IMG/VR virus record: IMGVR_UViG_3300011008_002750
Span: 56,855 to 120,854 of that record
Origin: a virus
Lineage: Duplodnaviria > Caudoviricetes
DNA: 64,000 bases
Strand: one strand, 5' to 3'
Part shown: one piece after another, positions 37,726 to 48,548 of the stretch
How positions within the stretch are numbered: position 1 is the first letter of the stretch
How the letters are laid out: each line of letters begins with the position of its first letter
Translations under genes and position numbers: made by a program
The notes under the pieces: model-generated
The model's database searches: none
Seen by the model: the letters and a program-made list of their open reading frames with translations, nothing else
What the model was told of the DNA's origin: nothing

Positions 37726-38301
37726 ATGATAGATTATCAAAATGTTAGTGCTAAATCTGGCACAAGTAAAATTGTATGGCTTATTGTAGCTTTGTTTGTT
37801 GTTACTGCTTTGTCAGTTTGTGCAAGTATGTATTTCAGTTATAATAATCAAGAGATTTCATTGCGAAAGCAAGCAGAAGCGCAACGAGGAAAAGTTGAAG
37901 GAGTGTTTGATACTATGTGGAAAACTATTTCATAACAAGCACAAGTTTCTAATAAGTATAAAGATGCATTTAAAGAGATTTATCCAGATTTGATTGCTGG
38001 ACGTTATTCTCAAGGTGGTGGAAGTCTTATGAAATGGATTCAAGAAGCAAATCCAGAATTTGACACATCTTTGTATAAACAATTGATGCAAACTATTGAA
38101 GTTCAGCGATTGCAATTTCAGAAGTCACAAGAGCGAATGTTGGATATTATTCGTGAACATGAAACACTTTGCGAGACATATCCTGGAACATGGTTTGTTA
38201 AAAATAAAGCGCCAATTGAATATACTGTAATTTCTTCAACTAAAACAAAGTTGACAATGGAAACAGGAGTTGACGATGATGTAAATTTGTTTAAAAAATA
38301 A
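37726..38301 (+). pseudogene. Membrane-anchored LemA-like protein interrupted by one in-frame TAA (37933-37935)
   Basis: MWKTIS*QAQVSNKYKDAF continues in frame to TAA at 38301; N-terminal transmembrane helix. Confidence 0.65.
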
Positions 38302-38425
38302 TTATGAAAAGTTTAATATTATTTAAAAGTTTACATATTTTTTGGAGGACTTTAATTTGTAAAGTCCTTTCAAAATTTTCAAATAATAATTATTCATATT
38401 ACTGGCATAAAATTTTTCAATAAGT

Positions 38426-39595
38426 ATGTTAATTTTTTGTTTTCTTATACCTTTTATTGCATGTCTAATTCTATATTTTGGATTTAGACATGCAACTGTA
38501 TGGTGGGAATATATTGTTTTAATATTTCCGAGTATTTTATTGACGCTTGTTTTATATTTTTCTTTAAAATATACAGGAATAACTGATACTGAATATCTTG
38601 GATATTATGTGACAAAGGTTTGTTATTATGAACCTTGGAATGAATATGTTTATAGAACATGTACACGTGAGGTTTATGATGGAACTGACAGTGAAGGACA
38701 TGCAAAATATCATACTGAAACATATGATTGTTCTTATGTAGATTATCATCCAGCAGAATGGACAATGATTAATAATGTTAATCATGAAACATATATTTCA
38801 GAAGATTTATATAATTATATTTGTCAACGATTTGGAACTCCAAAGAGATTTGTAGATATGCATCGCCATTATTATACAATAGATGGTGACAAATATGAAT
38901 GTCATTTTAATGGTGACAGAAATCGAATGTATACATTGACAGATTCGCATTATTATAAAAACAAAATTTTAAAAAGCAAATCTATTTTCAATTATTCTGA
39001 AGTTTCTGAACAAGATAAAAAAGATTATAGATTATTTGATTATCCGGATTTTTCATATAAGAATGATCAGTGTCCGATAATGTCTGAGATTTATGTTCCG
39101 AAATATGTTATTGATTCATTTAAATATGTTAATGCATATTATGGTAGAAAATATCAATTCAGAACATATATAATGATTTGGAAAGACGCACCAATAGAGA
39201 CATCAACTTATCAAGAAGATTATTTTGCCGGTGGAAATAAAAATGAATTATGTATTTGTATTTCGGTAAATAGTGCAAATCAAATTCAATGGGTACGAAC
39301 TTTTTCATGGGAAGACAAGCCGGATCTTGAAGTTGAAATCGATCATCTTTGGGAATATGGAGCAGATTTAGATTTAATGCAATTGAATAGATATTTAATT
39401 CAAAATGTTCCTAAGAAATGGCATCGTAAAGCATTTGCAGATTTTGAATATATTAATGTAATGCTTGATACCTGGCAATGGATTTTAATTTTGATTTTGA
39501 CAATTATTTATAATATTGGAATATCTATTTATATTGTTATTAATGAAAATACCGAAGATAATCCGGATGGGTTGACAAGGAGATATTACCAATAA
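38426..39595 (+). CDS. Multi-pass membrane protein, hypothetical
   Basis: Two N-terminal and one C-terminal hydrophobic helices; GGNKNE motif. Confidence 0.8.
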   Translation: MLIFCFLIPFIACLILYFGFRHATVWWEYIVLIFPSILLTLVLYFSLKYTGITDTEYLGYYVTKVCYYEPWNEYVYRTCTREVYDGTDSEGHAKYHTETYDCSYVDYHPAEWTMINNVNHETYISEDLYNYICQRFGTPKRFVDMHRHYYTIDGDKYECHFNGDRNRMYTLTDSHYYKNKILKSKSIFNYSEVSEQDKKDYRLFDYPDFSYKNDQCPIMSEIYVPKYVIDSFKYVNAYYGRKYQFRTYIMIWKDAPIETSTYQEDYFAGGNKNELCICISVNSANQIQWVRTFSWEDKPDLEVEIDHLWEYGADLDLMQLNRYLIQNVPKKWHRKAFADFEYINVMLDTWQWILILILTIIYNIGISIYIVINENTEDNPDGLTRRYYQ

Positions 39596-39642
39596 ACATT
39601 ATTTTGGTTATAAAATAAAATATAAAAATAAAAATTTTGAAT

Positions 39643-40560
39643 ATGAATATTTTAGTGACGGGTTGCAATGGCCAATTAGGAAATTGTATTAGAGAATATC
39701 ATCGTGTAGAAATGCCAGTTGATTTTGTTGTAAATAATAAGTTTATTTTTACTGATATCAATATTGAAGGCAATGTTAATACAGATACTATACGATTTAC
39801 AAAACTTGATATTACTAATTATGATGATATATTGGTATTATTGAAAGAAGAAAATGTTAATATGATTATTAATTGTGCTGCATATACAAATGTTGACAAA
39901 GCAGAAGATGACACAAATATTGCATATCTAGTTAATGCTGCCGCTGTTGATGATTTGGCTAGAGCTGCAGCAGAAGTAGGTGCTAAAATGATTCATATTT
40001 CAACTGATTATGTTTTTGATGGCAAAGGATATAAACCATACAATGAGAATAATATTACAAATCCTATTAATATATATGGGAAAACAAAATGTGTAGGTGA
40101 AAATAGGTTATTTGAACGATTGGGCGATAATGGACTTGTAATTAGAACTGCATGGTTATATTCTAATTATGGAAAGAATTTTGTCAAAACAATGATTAAA
40201 TTTGGCCAAGAAAAAGAAGAGTTAAAAGTTGTTTTTGATCAAGTTGGAACTCCAACATTTGCAGATGATTTAGCAGAAGTTATTTGTAAAATTATAATGT
40301 CTGATAAGTGGGTTGGAGGCATTTATCATTATACAAATGAAGGAATTTGTTCCTGGTATGATTTTGCTGTTGCGATAATGGATTTATATGGTTTAGATTG
40401 TAAAGTGCATCCTGTGCATTCTAAAGATTATCAAACAAAAGCTGAGAGATTACATTATAGCGTTTTAGACAAAACAAAAATTAAAGAAACATATAATATT
40501 GAAATTCCGTATTGGCGCGATTCGTTAAAGAAATGTTTAAGCACAAATTTTGTTGATTAA
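39643..40560 (+). CDS. rmlD: dTDP-4-dehydrorhamnose reductase
   Basis: TGCNGQLG, NCAAYTNVDKAE, HISTDYVFDG, YGKTK, DQVGTPT. Confidence 0.93.
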   Translation: MNILVTGCNGQLGNCIREYHRVEMPVDFVVNNKFIFTDINIEGNVNTDTIRFTKLDITNYDDILVLLKEENVNMIINCAAYTNVDKAEDDTNIAYLVNAAAVDDLARAAAEVGAKMIHISTDYVFDGKGYKPYNENNITNPINIYGKTKCVGENRLFERLGDNGLVIRTAWLYSNYGKNFVKTMIKFGQEKEELKVVFDQVGTPTFADDLAEVICKIIMSDKWVGGIYHYTNEGICSWYDFAVAIMDLYGLDCKVHPVHSKDYQTKAERLHYSVLDKTKIKETYNIEIPYWRDSLKKCLSTNFVD

Positions 40561-40590
40561 AACTTTAGAAGATTTTCATATACAATATAT

Positions 40591-42573
40591 ATGGAAGATT
40601 TAGATAAAGTATTAAATAAAGAGAATTCTGAAGAACAACTTCAAGAATCTAAAACAGAAATTTCTAAAAGTGAAATTGAATCAAAAGTTGATGAGTGGGT
40701 TATTACTCATTTAAATAATTTCGCATTTAGAAAATATCAAAAGGAATATATAATTGATATTATATATTCCATTTTGTCTGGCAATCATTTAAATATTATT
40801 GAAGCACCAACTGGTTCTGGAAAATCTATTATGGTGATTATCATGGCAGGAGTTTTATTTGATTATTATAAAAAAACTTCATATATTCTTTGTTCTGATT
40901 TATATCTTTGGGAACAATATTCAAGAGCAATTGAAGATTATAGATTAGCTGATTTTGGAAAAATAAAGGGACTCCGCGGAAATTATATTTGTAATGAAAC
41001 CGATGAGGACCTTGATGTTGCACCATGCCGGCTTGCAATGGTTCCATTTGCGAGTTTGTTTAATAAAGATTGGGCAATTAAAAATGGTTGGGATTGTGCA
41101 GTTTATTGCAAATATATGAGAGAACGTAAAAAAGCTATTTATGCTGGAGTGACTTTAATGACATATCAATTATGGTTTAATTATATGTGTGATTCTGAAA
41201 TCAAAGCAGAAGCTCCGTTTAAAGCTCGCGACATTATATTTTGTGATGAGTGCCATAAAGCTCCAGGACTTTGTCAAGAATATAGACAAATAGAAATATT
41301 TGAACATAGCGAATTAGACAGAATGACTGAATTGTTAACATTTTGTAAAGAAACAAATTTCTGTTTAGACCACGTTGAATTTATGAAAGACGTTAATATT
41401 GAAGCATTTGTCGACGATGTTAAAAAAGTTATTGAAAAAATATATTCAATTCCAAAAGAAAATCAAGAAGAACTATTTGAAGCATTGTGTGAATATCAAG
41501 CATATTTACAAATGTATCCATGCCAATGTTATCACGCAATGAAATCACTATATGAAGATTTGGCTAATGAAAGAGGCAGTCAAAAAGCCCACTTGTCTAA
41601 AAAGGAACATAAAATGTATAATATTGCAAAATATTATGATGCTCGTCAATGCAATATTAAGCATTATATTCAAATGGTATTATATGGAACAACTGAACAT
41701 GAAAAATACCAGGAAAATATAGAGCCTCAATTTAAATATATTGTTAAATCTGATAACAGATATAGAGACCCATTAACGGGAAAAATGGTTTGGCCTGATG
41801 ATCCAATGGCAACATATAAATTTGCTAAGGAAGATTTATTGACGTATTTTACTTTATTGTGTCACCAACCATATACAGTTATGTTGTCGGCAACTGTTGG
41901 CGGGCATCATGCATTTGATGACAATATTGGAACTCGACATACAGAAGACAAAAAATCAATAATGTTCAGAATTCCTTCAACATTTGATTTTTCTAAATCG
42001 CCAATATATTATATTCCTGGTAATAAAATGTCTCGTGAACATATTGGTGAAAGTCTTCCAGCTAATGCAGCTATTATAAATAGAATATTAAAATCTCCAA
42101 AACATGCAAATGAAAAGGGAATTATTCATACAGGATCATATAAAAATGCATGGGATTTGAAAAATATGTTAGATCCTGAAGTTCAAAAACGAGTTTTTAT
42201 TTATAGCGAATCTAAAGAAAAACAAGATATTATTAAACGATATGAAAAATCGGACAATGGCGTTTTGATTGGACCAACATTGACTGAAGGAATTGATTTG
42301 CCTGATGATGGCTGCAGATTTATTATTATATTGAAAGTTCCATATCCATATCTCGGCGATGAATTAGTCAAAGCAAAAGTGTCTTTATTCCCTAAGTGGT
42401 ATAATTCAGAAACATCAAATGCAATTATTCAAGGAGTTGGACGCGGAAACAGACATCCAAATGATTGGTCAACCACGTATATATTAGATGGAAGCTTTGC
42501 TAAATTATATGGAGAAACCAGAGAACAATATGCGCCAGAATTTAGAGAACGAATCAAATTATTGAATAGTTAA
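40591..42573 (+). CDS. SF2 DinG/XPD-like helicase
   Basis: EAPTGSGKS, DECH, LSAT, EGIDLPDD.CR, KVPYP, QGVGRG.R. Confidence 0.9.
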   Translation: MEDLDKVLNKENSEEQLQESKTEISKSEIESKVDEWVITHLNNFAFRKYQKEYIIDIIYSILSGNHLNIIEAPTGSGKSIMVIIMAGVLFDYYKKTSYILCSDLYLWEQYSRAIEDYRLADFGKIKGLRGNYICNETDEDLDVAPCRLAMVPFASLFNKDWAIKNGWDCAVYCKYMRERKKAIYAGVTLMTYQLWFNYMCDSEIKAEAPFKARDIIFCDECHKAPGLCQEYRQIEIFEHSELDRMTELLTFCKETNFCLDHVEFMKDVNIEAFVDDVKKVIEKIYSIPKENQEELFEALCEYQAYLQMYPCQCYHAMKSLYEDLANERGSQKAHLSKKEHKMYNIAKYYDARQCNIKHYIQMVLYGTTEHEKYQENIEPQFKYIVKSDNRYRDPLTGKMVWPDDPMATYKFAKEDLLTYFTLLCHQPYTVMLSATVGGHHAFDDNIGTRHTEDKKSIMFRIPSTFDFSKSPIYYIPGNKMSREHIGESLPANAAIINRILKSPKHANEKGIIHTGSYKNAWDLKNMLDPEVQKRVFIYSESKEKQDIIKRYEKSDNGVLIGPTLTEGIDLPDDGCRFIIILKVPYPYLGDELVKAKVSLFPKWYNSETSNAIIQGVGRGNRHPNDWSTTYILDGSFAKLYGETREQYAPEFRERIKLLNS

Positions 42574-42576
42574 AGT

Positions 42577-43092
42577 ATGAAAATATTAAAGGAAGCTAAA
42601 ATAGAGAGATTTGGTCATCAAGATAGAAATAAACGTATATCAACTTATTATCAAATAACATATATTTGGGAATATAAGTTTTTAGGAATGTCATTTCAAA
42701 AGGAAGATAAAGTTCCAATATTATTTGAAAATGAAGCTGACGCAACTGATTTTATTGAATGCGGGTGTAATGTTAAAATAGAGATTGTCAAAAGTTTGTT
42801 ATCTGGAACAACACTTTATACTTTTCATGCATATAAAATAGATGAACCAAATAAAAAACATAAAATATTCGTGAATGGCCCATTAGATGGGTGTGAATCT
42901 TTATTTGTAGTTAAAGGATATGAACAAGAGAGAACATGGGTTTCTTCACGTGGTGGAAAAATAAGTAATTTCTTTGAAAAGTTAAAACAACATGAAGAAT
43001 TTATTGCACAACAAAATGAAAAAGAAAAAAAGGATAAAGAATATGTCAATAGTTTATATGAGGTAAAAACATATAAAATTGAAAAAATTTAA
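42577..43092 (+). CDS. Hypothetical protein
   Basis: 171-aa ORF. Confidence 0.7.
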   Translation: MKILKEAKIERFGHQDRNKRISTYYQITYIWEYKFLGMSFQKEDKVPILFENEADATDFIECGCNVKIEIVKSLLSGTTLYTFHAYKIDEPNKKHKIFVNGPLDGCESLFVVKGYEQERTWVSSRGGKISNFFEKLKQHEEFIAQQNEKEKKDKEYVNSLYEVKTYKIEKI

Positions 43093-43132
43093 CTTCTATT
43101 TTTTAGTTTGAATAAAAAGATGTAATTTTGTA
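43093..43132 (+). promoter_or_regulatory. Bacteroidota-type promoter, copy 3
   Basis: Same motif and 30-nt spacing. Confidence 0.8.
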
Positions 43133-43172
43133 TCGAAATTAAAAATTAGTAAAATTAAAAATTAGTAAAATT

Positions 43173-43532
43173 ATGGAAATTATTGATTTAACTAAAGAAA
43201 ATGCGCAAGGTCATTTTAGACATGATCAAATAGATGGGTTAACACGACCTGGTAATTATCGAATTCCTATTCGTACATATACTGATGATAAAGGCGAACA
43301 ACATCGTTCAATTACAGTAGAAGTTGTATCAGTATTTGTTGATCGAGGAACTCAATTTATTGTAGTTCCAGATGATATGCATGATTATTATTATATCTTT
43401 TATTATAATGGTAATGAAAAATGTTTCAAACCTAATTGGGACCTAGATGAGGATTATCAAAAAGTTCTTAATTGGATCAATATTGAGGTTGAAACTGATG
43501 AAGATGGAAATATTATAGAAGAGATTAAGTAA
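43173..43532 (+). CDS. Hypothetical protein (paralog of 44965..45432)
   Basis: Shares ID.T....QG.F..D...G...PG.Y.I and YYNGN..CFKP. Confidence 0.72.
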   Translation: MEIIDLTKENAQGHFRHDQIDGLTRPGNYRIPIRTYTDDKGEQHRSITVEVVSVFVDRGTQFIVVPDDMHDYYYIFYYNGNEKCFKPNWDLDEDYQKVLNWINIEVETDEDGNIIEEIK

Positions 43533-43571
43533 ACTTTTTTCAAAAATTACTGGATTTTATTAAAAATTTAA

Positions 43572-43611
43572 CTTCTATTTTTTAATTTAAATGAAAAGTA
43601 TTAATTTTACA
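43572..43611 (+). promoter_or_regulatory. Promoter copy 4 (variant -7 element TAATTTTA)
   Basis: Same upstream box and spacing. Confidence 0.65.
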
Positions 43612-43634
43612 ATAAATAATAAAATATTATATAT

Positions 43635-43883
43635 ATGCTAAGAAATTTAGAAGTTGGTGATAAAGTTACTGTTCAACCATTTATTGGAGGAACATATACT
43701 GGAAAGATTACTAAAATTGGTACAGCTATTATTTATGTAGAACTATTAAAAAGAGATTCCAAACCGTTAGTAAGGCCAAGAACAATGAGATTTAGTAAAA
43801 ATACTCTTATGGGATTAGGAAAAGATCATCTATGGGATATAGTAGATGTAATGTTTGGAGAACATGAAAAATATAGTGAATAA
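43635..43883 (+). CDS. Hypothetical small beta-barrel protein
   Basis: LEVGDKVTV...GKITKIG. Confidence 0.68.
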   Translation: MLRNLEVGDKVTVQPFIGGTYTGKITKIGTAIIYVELLKRDSKPLVRPRTMRFSKNTLMGLGKDHLWDIVDVMFGEHEKYSE

Positions 43884-43899
43884 TTGAAATTAGAAAATA

Positions 43900-44850
43900 A
43901 TGATCAAAATATCAGAAGAAAAAATAAAGAAAATTGTATCTAATATTTTAGAAAAAACAAAAGAACTTAATGAATCCCAGACGGATTCATTAATTAATTC
44001 TATTGTTAAAAAAGAAGTATCTTCTGCATTAATAAGTGAAAAAGATTTATTTGAAGGAATTAAGTATGATGTGTATACACGAACAGTAGAGTATTCTCCA
44101 ATAGAAAATAATGTAAATACATCTATACAAGATAATCCAACTGTTGATATTACAGAAATTTACCCAAATGTTCAGGTATGGTCTATTTTTCAAAGAAAAA
44201 ATACTCCAGGACTTATCGGTTATGATAATAAAGATGGTAATCCATTATTATATGCATTTAAAGGGGAAGATGGTTGGAAATTTAAAACGCAAAAAGATAA
44301 AAACAAATTCATATATTTATTTGAACAAATTGTTAAAAAATTTTTAGCAACACATAATTCAGATATAACAGTTGTTATTCCATCTGGAAGTTCGGTTAAT
44401 ACTTTAATTGCTGATACAATTAAACATTACAAAAAAGATACTAGTATAGTCAATGATTTATTAAGAAAATTAACAGTTGAAGAGGTTTGGGAAAATATTG
44501 ATGCGTTAGATTCTCCATTTAGAAAGAAATTTGGAAGAACTCGACACGATTATGAAGATGCAATGAATGATATGAAAAAAGCATTTAATAAAATGAAACG
44601 ATTAAGAAATGGAAAATTTACATATCATTTTTTGCCTATTAATAAACCATATAGAGAATATATTACACAAAGTCTTGCATGCGATGAATTTTCTAGAGGT
44701 AAATATGCTAAAGAAATTTATCAACATAATATTTTGCTATTAGATGATAGTATTTCTCGTGGACAAACAATTAAAAATGCATGCGATATATTAAATACAT
44801 TTCAACCAAAATCTATAACAGTTTTAACAATGTTCTCAAAAAGAAAATAA
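43900..44850 (+). CDS. Phosphoribosyltransferase-fold protein
   Basis: VVIPSGS and ILLLDDSISRGQTI (PRPP-binding loop). Confidence 0.75.
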   Translation: MIKISEEKIKKIVSNILEKTKELNESQTDSLINSIVKKEVSSALISEKDLFEGIKYDVYTRTVEYSPIENNVNTSIQDNPTVDITEIYPNVQVWSIFQRKNTPGLIGYDNKDGNPLLYAFKGEDGWKFKTQKDKNKFIYLFEQIVKKFLATHNSDITVVIPSGSSVNTLIADTIKHYKKDTSIVNDLLRKLTVEEVWENIDALDSPFRKKFGRTRHDYEDAMNDMKKAFNKMKRLRNGKFTYHFLPINKPYREYITQSLACDEFSRGKYAKEIYQHNILLLDDSISRGQTIKNACDILNTFQPKSITVLTMFSKRK

Positions 44851-44882
44851 ACTTTTTTCAAAAAATAATAAAAGAAAATTAG

Positions 44883-44922
44883 CTTCTATTTTTTAATTTA
44901 AGTGAAAAGTATTAATTTTGCA
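44883..44922 (+). promoter_or_regulatory. Promoter copy 5
   Basis: Same motif and spacing. Confidence 0.8.
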
Positions 44923-44964
44923 TTGAAATTAAAAATAATATTAACTTTTAAAATTAACAAAATT

Positions 44965-45432
44965 ATGAAAACAGATTTTATTGATGTAACTGGAATTGAA
45001 TTCCAAGGAAAATTTGGTGATGATACTTGTAAAGGTATTGAGAAACCCGGAAAGTATATTATTCGTGTAATTGATTATAATTGGGTTAATGGAAAAGAAA
45101 ATTGTCTTAAAGATCCAGTATGGGGACCTATTGTTAAAAAGATGGATTCTCTTGAATATGGAACACCAGAATATAAAGAGGTAGAAGCACAATATAACAA
45201 ATTATTTGATGAAAAATTTGGTGTAGACAGTGGTGCATGGCTTCCAAAAGAAGTTGATATTATTGAAATTTATCAAATTGAAGGTGACGCGTCTGCTATT
45301 CATACTGCTGATAGGAAATGGTATTATTATAATGGAAATCATCGGTGCTTCAAGCCAATGTCTGCGGCAGAAGCTAAACAGGAATATGTTGATAAACTTA
45401 AATGGAATGATAATTTAAAACTTATAAAATAA
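44965..45432 (+). CDS. Hypothetical protein (paralog of 43173..43532)
   Basis: Start MKTDFIDVTG lies downstream of the promoter. Confidence 0.72.
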   Translation: MKTDFIDVTGIEFQGKFGDDTCKGIEKPGKYIIRVIDYNWVNGKENCLKDPVWGPIVKKMDSLEYGTPEYKEVEAQYNKLFDEKFGVDSGAWLPKEVDIIEIYQIEGDASAIHTADRKWYYYNGNHRCFKPMSAAEAKQEYVDKLKWNDNLKLIK

Positions 45433-45519
45433 ACTTTTTTCAAAAATAAAATATAATAAATAATAAAAGAAATAAATAATTAAATAAAAAGAATAAATAA
45501 TTAAATTACTATTAAAACA

Positions 45520-45710
45520 ATGATGAAGGGCTTTAAACATATGAGTAGTTTTGCATTTAGCAGCCTTAAAAAGGTGGCTAGCTGTAAATGGTTTGTGCTT
45601 GGAAGAGGAGTGATATAGTGATTTAAAGAACATACATTTTTAAAGATTATACATTTTTAAGGATTAGACATTTTTAAAGTTCTTTAATCACATAGATTAA
45701 GGAACTTTTA
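45520..45710 (+). promoter_or_regulatory. Leader uORF (ending TAG-TGA) plus terminator hairpin before tRNA cluster 1
   Basis: uORF 45520-45621; three acatttttaa repeats; hairpin aaagttctttaatc/gattaaggaacttt followed by a T tract. Confidence 0.5.
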
Positions 45711-45733
45711 ATTTTTTAATATATTGCTAATAT

Positions 45734-45823
45734 ATGTCGGTATGCAAGTTGGTTGAAGCACATAATCTCCAAAATTATTAGAATTTTAATATTCTCACGT
45801 GGGTTCGAATCCTACCCGGCATG
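45734..45823 (+). tRNA. tRNA-Trp(CCA) with a long variable arm
   Basis: ataat-ctccaaa-attat anticodon arm; GGTTCGAATCC T-arm; about 20-nt extra arm. Confidence 0.75.
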
Positions 45824-45848
45824 CAACAAATAAGATCTTTGAAATAAC

Positions 45849-45997
45849 GCGTTCGTAGCTCAGTCGGTTTTAGAGCATCTGACTTTCTAGTGATGAGAAC
45901 ACTAAAAAATCTCAGAGTTCATTATGGATGTATGTAAGTTCGATTCTTACATGAACTCCTAATCAGAGGGTCGTGGATTCGAGTTCCACCGGACGCA
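45849..45997 (+). tRNA. tRNA-Lys(TTT) with a 73-nt anticodon intron (45887-45959)
   Basis: Removing the insert restores tctga-cttttaa-tcaga and a canonical cloverleaf. Confidence 0.82.
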
Positions 45998-46011
45998 CAA
46001 AATATAAAATA

Positions 46012-46084
46012 GTCCCTTAGCTCAGTTGGTTAGAGTGCTTCCCTTACATGGAAAAAGTCGTAGATTCGAATTCTACAGGGACTA
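46012..46084 (+). tRNA. tRNA-Val(TAC)
   Basis: Cloverleaf; loop cttacat. Confidence 0.88.
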
Positions 46085-46122
46085 CAAATAAAAGCGAACA
46101 TTGAAATATTGATTTAATATAT

Positions 46123-46195
46123 GGACCAGTAGCTCAAATAGTAGAGCACATCCCTGAAGAGGATGGTGTAGGCGGGGCAGTACCGTCCTGGTTCG
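46123..46195 (+). tRNA. tRNA-Phe(GAA)
   Basis: catcc-ctgaaga-ggatg; variant T-loop ggcagta. Confidence 0.8.
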
Positions 46196-46275
46196 CAATT
46201 TAAAATTAAAGCGAACATACCATTTTTACCATAATTCCATAAATAAATATAATATAAAAAATAAGTATTATTAAA

Positions 46276-47217
46276 ATGGAAAATTTTAAATGTATTTGTG
46301 GTAAAGAATTTAATAATAAATTATCATTAGGTGGGCATAAAACATCTTGTAAAATATATTAGGAAGAAAAACAAAAATAGTTAAGTATTTTATAGGAAAA
46401 TGAAATTAATTATTAGTATATATGTAATTGCGGTAAACGATTTAAAACATAGAGTAGTTTAAATTCACATGCAAGATGGTGTGAACAATATTAGAAAAAA
46501 GATTTTTCATCAAAATATTTTAATAAAGAATTAAAAATTTTTAGATGTGAATGTGGTTTCGAAACAAATAAAGGTAATTCGATTAATGGTCATTTTTCAC
46601 GATGTAATATACATAGAGCAGCTATTGGTAAAGAATCGGCACCAATATATAAAAATTTAAAAATTAGTTAGTATAATTTTAAAAATCTTGATAAAGAGCA
46701 ATTATTAAAAATTTGTTATAAAGGTATTGAAAGCCAACGAAAAATGTATAAAACTGGAGAATTGGTTGGTTGGTGTAAAGGATTAACAGCTGAAACAGAT
46801 GAAAGAATTGCTAAAATAGTTCAAACTCAAAAAAGAAATGGTATAACTGGAGGTTATAGAGAAAATTCAGGAATATGCAAACATGGAAAATATAATGGAA
46901 TTCATTGCGATAGCACTTGGGAATTAGCTTATATTTTATATTGTAATGATAATAATATTCCAATAAAAAGATGTGATAAAGTATTTGATTATTATGATAA
47001 TGAAGGAAATAAACATCGATATTATCCAGATTTTATAATAAATGAAAATGAAATTATAGAAATTAAAGGTAGAATTACTGACTAGTGGAAATTAAAGCTT
47101 CCGATAGTTGAAAGAGAACATATAAAAGTTTTATATAAAGAAGATATGAAAGATATTTTAAATTATTGTTATGAAAAATATGGTAATGATTTAACATATC
47201 TTTATGATAAAAAATAA
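46276..47217 (+). CDS. Zn-finger + TnsA-like PD-(D/E)XK endonuclease in the tRNA cluster, 313 aa (TAG=Gln)
   Basis: Three CxCG..F...SL..H...C repeats; CDSTWE, RYYPDF, IEIKG. Confidence 0.82.
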
Positions 47218-47220
47218 TAT

Positions 47221-47306
47221 GACCGTATGTCCGAGTGTTCGAAGGTATGGCACTGCAAATGCCATTGGAGAAATCCGCATCGGGAGTTAGAATCTCTCTA
47301 CGGTCA
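47221..47306 (+). tRNA. tRNA-Cys(GCA) with a long variable arm
   Basis: tggca-ctgcaaa-tgcca; acceptor gaccgta/tacggtc. Confidence 0.75.
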
Positions 47307-47320
47307 CATATTAAATTATT

Positions 47321-47404
47321 GGAGATACCAACTGTCGAGGAGACGGGACCGCTTGCTAAGCGGATCGCACCTTCGGGTGTCCGGGTCGGAACCGGGGATC
47401 TCCG
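47321..47404 (+). tRNA. tRNA-Ser(GCT)
   Basis: ccgc-ttgctaa-gcgg, long variable arm, G73. Confidence 0.75.
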
Positions 47405-47416
47405 CAAAATAAATAC

Positions 47417-47497
47417 ACCCCAGTAGGCGAATAGGTATAGCCACATGCCTAAGGCGCATGGTTTAATTACGCGAGGGTTCGAGTCCCTCTTGGGGTA
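47417..47497 (+). tRNA. tRNA-Leu(AAG)
   Basis: catgc-ctaaggc-gcatg; type II body, A73. Confidence 0.8.
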
Positions 47498-47581
47498 CGA
47501 AAATAGTATTTAAGAGAGTAAAAATTTGAAACTTTGCTCTCTTTTTTCATATAATAAATAACAAAATTGTATATATAGACA

Positions 47582-48466
47582 ATGAATAAAAAGAATTTAT
47601 ACAATAAAATAATGAAATCGGTTTCAAAAGAAGTTAAAAAAACTTTAAATGAAGGTTTACCATTAGAACATTATAATGATGATTATGATGAAATTAATTA
47701 TATATTTGATTTAGATGAATTGCTAGATGATGAAAAAGCATTAAAATATTATGATAAATTTCCATTAAGATTTCTTAGTGCTAAGGTATTTGGTGGTCCA
47801 TTTATGCTTAATGAAGGAAAAATTGAATTACTAGAAAAAACTCCATCAAGAACGTATTCTATTGAAGAAGTTACAAAAGTTGGGAGATCATTATTAGGAT
47901 TAGAACCCGGCTGGATTAAAACACTAATTGCTGCAAATAAAATAGAAACATGTGTTTTAATATTAGATAAATTTGATAATGTTAATTTTATTATTGAAGG
48001 AATGAAAGCATTTGGCTGGACATTTTCATATGATGAAACCACAATTATGGATCAACATGTATTCAAATCATTGCATTTTGATCCAATGTTTCAAGATGTA
48101 GTAAATGAAGAAATTAAAAAATGCAGTTTATTGAAACACTGGACGCCATTTTATAATTTTAACAGTATTATGCAAAATGGATTGATACCGAAATCTAATA
48201 ATTTTATATTTTCATATCCACCTAAAATTCATTTAATTAAAGGAACTGCAGATAATTATGAAATAATGAATATTGGTGAGCAATTATGTCTTGCAAATAA
48301 AGACCCTCGAAATAATAGACATTATGTTTTGTTAAACATTAATGCAAAAGACTTATTAGATAAAATTGATTTCTTTTATGATCCTCGATATGAATGGGGA
48401 TATTATACAAAGCAGCCTATAGACAAACAATATATAACTAAAAATATGAATTATCATTTTGAATAA
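47582..48466 (+). CDS. Hypothetical protein with a possible Tpt1/KptA-like (ART-fold) C-terminus
   Basis: LKHWTP....SI...GLIPK...KIHL...VLLNI pattern; N-terminus MNKKNLYNKIMKSVSKEVKKTLNE. Confidence 0.6.
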   Translation: MNKKNLYNKIMKSVSKEVKKTLNEGLPLEHYNDDYDEINYIFDLDELLDDEKALKYYDKFPLRFLSAKVFGGPFMLNEGKIELLEKTPSRTYSIEEVTKVGRSLLGLEPGWIKTLIAANKIETCVLILDKFDNVNFIIEGMKAFGWTFSYDETTIMDQHVFKSLHFDPMFQDVVNEEIKKCSLLKHWTPFYNFNSIMQNGLIPKSNNFIFSYPPKIHLIKGTADNYEIMNIGEQLCLANKDPRNNRHYVLLNINAKDLLDKIDFFYDPRYEWGYYTKQPIDKQYITKNMNYHFE

Positions 48467-48485
48467 TAGAGGCTAAAAAATAAAG

Positions 48486-48525
48486 CTTCTATTTTTTATT
48501 TTGAAATATTTTTATTAATTTTGCA
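48486..48525 (+). promoter_or_regulatory. Promoter copy 6
   Basis: Same motif and spacing. Confidence 0.8.
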
Positions 48526-48548
48526 TTGTAATTAAAAATAATATAGTT

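Noticed and set aside
47075-47446. Track ORFs overlapping tRNA/ncRNA genes (also 54952, 55638, 56122, 58856, 60232, 60538, 63438)
   Set aside because: They are incidental frames across GC-richer RNA genes with no protein-like features.
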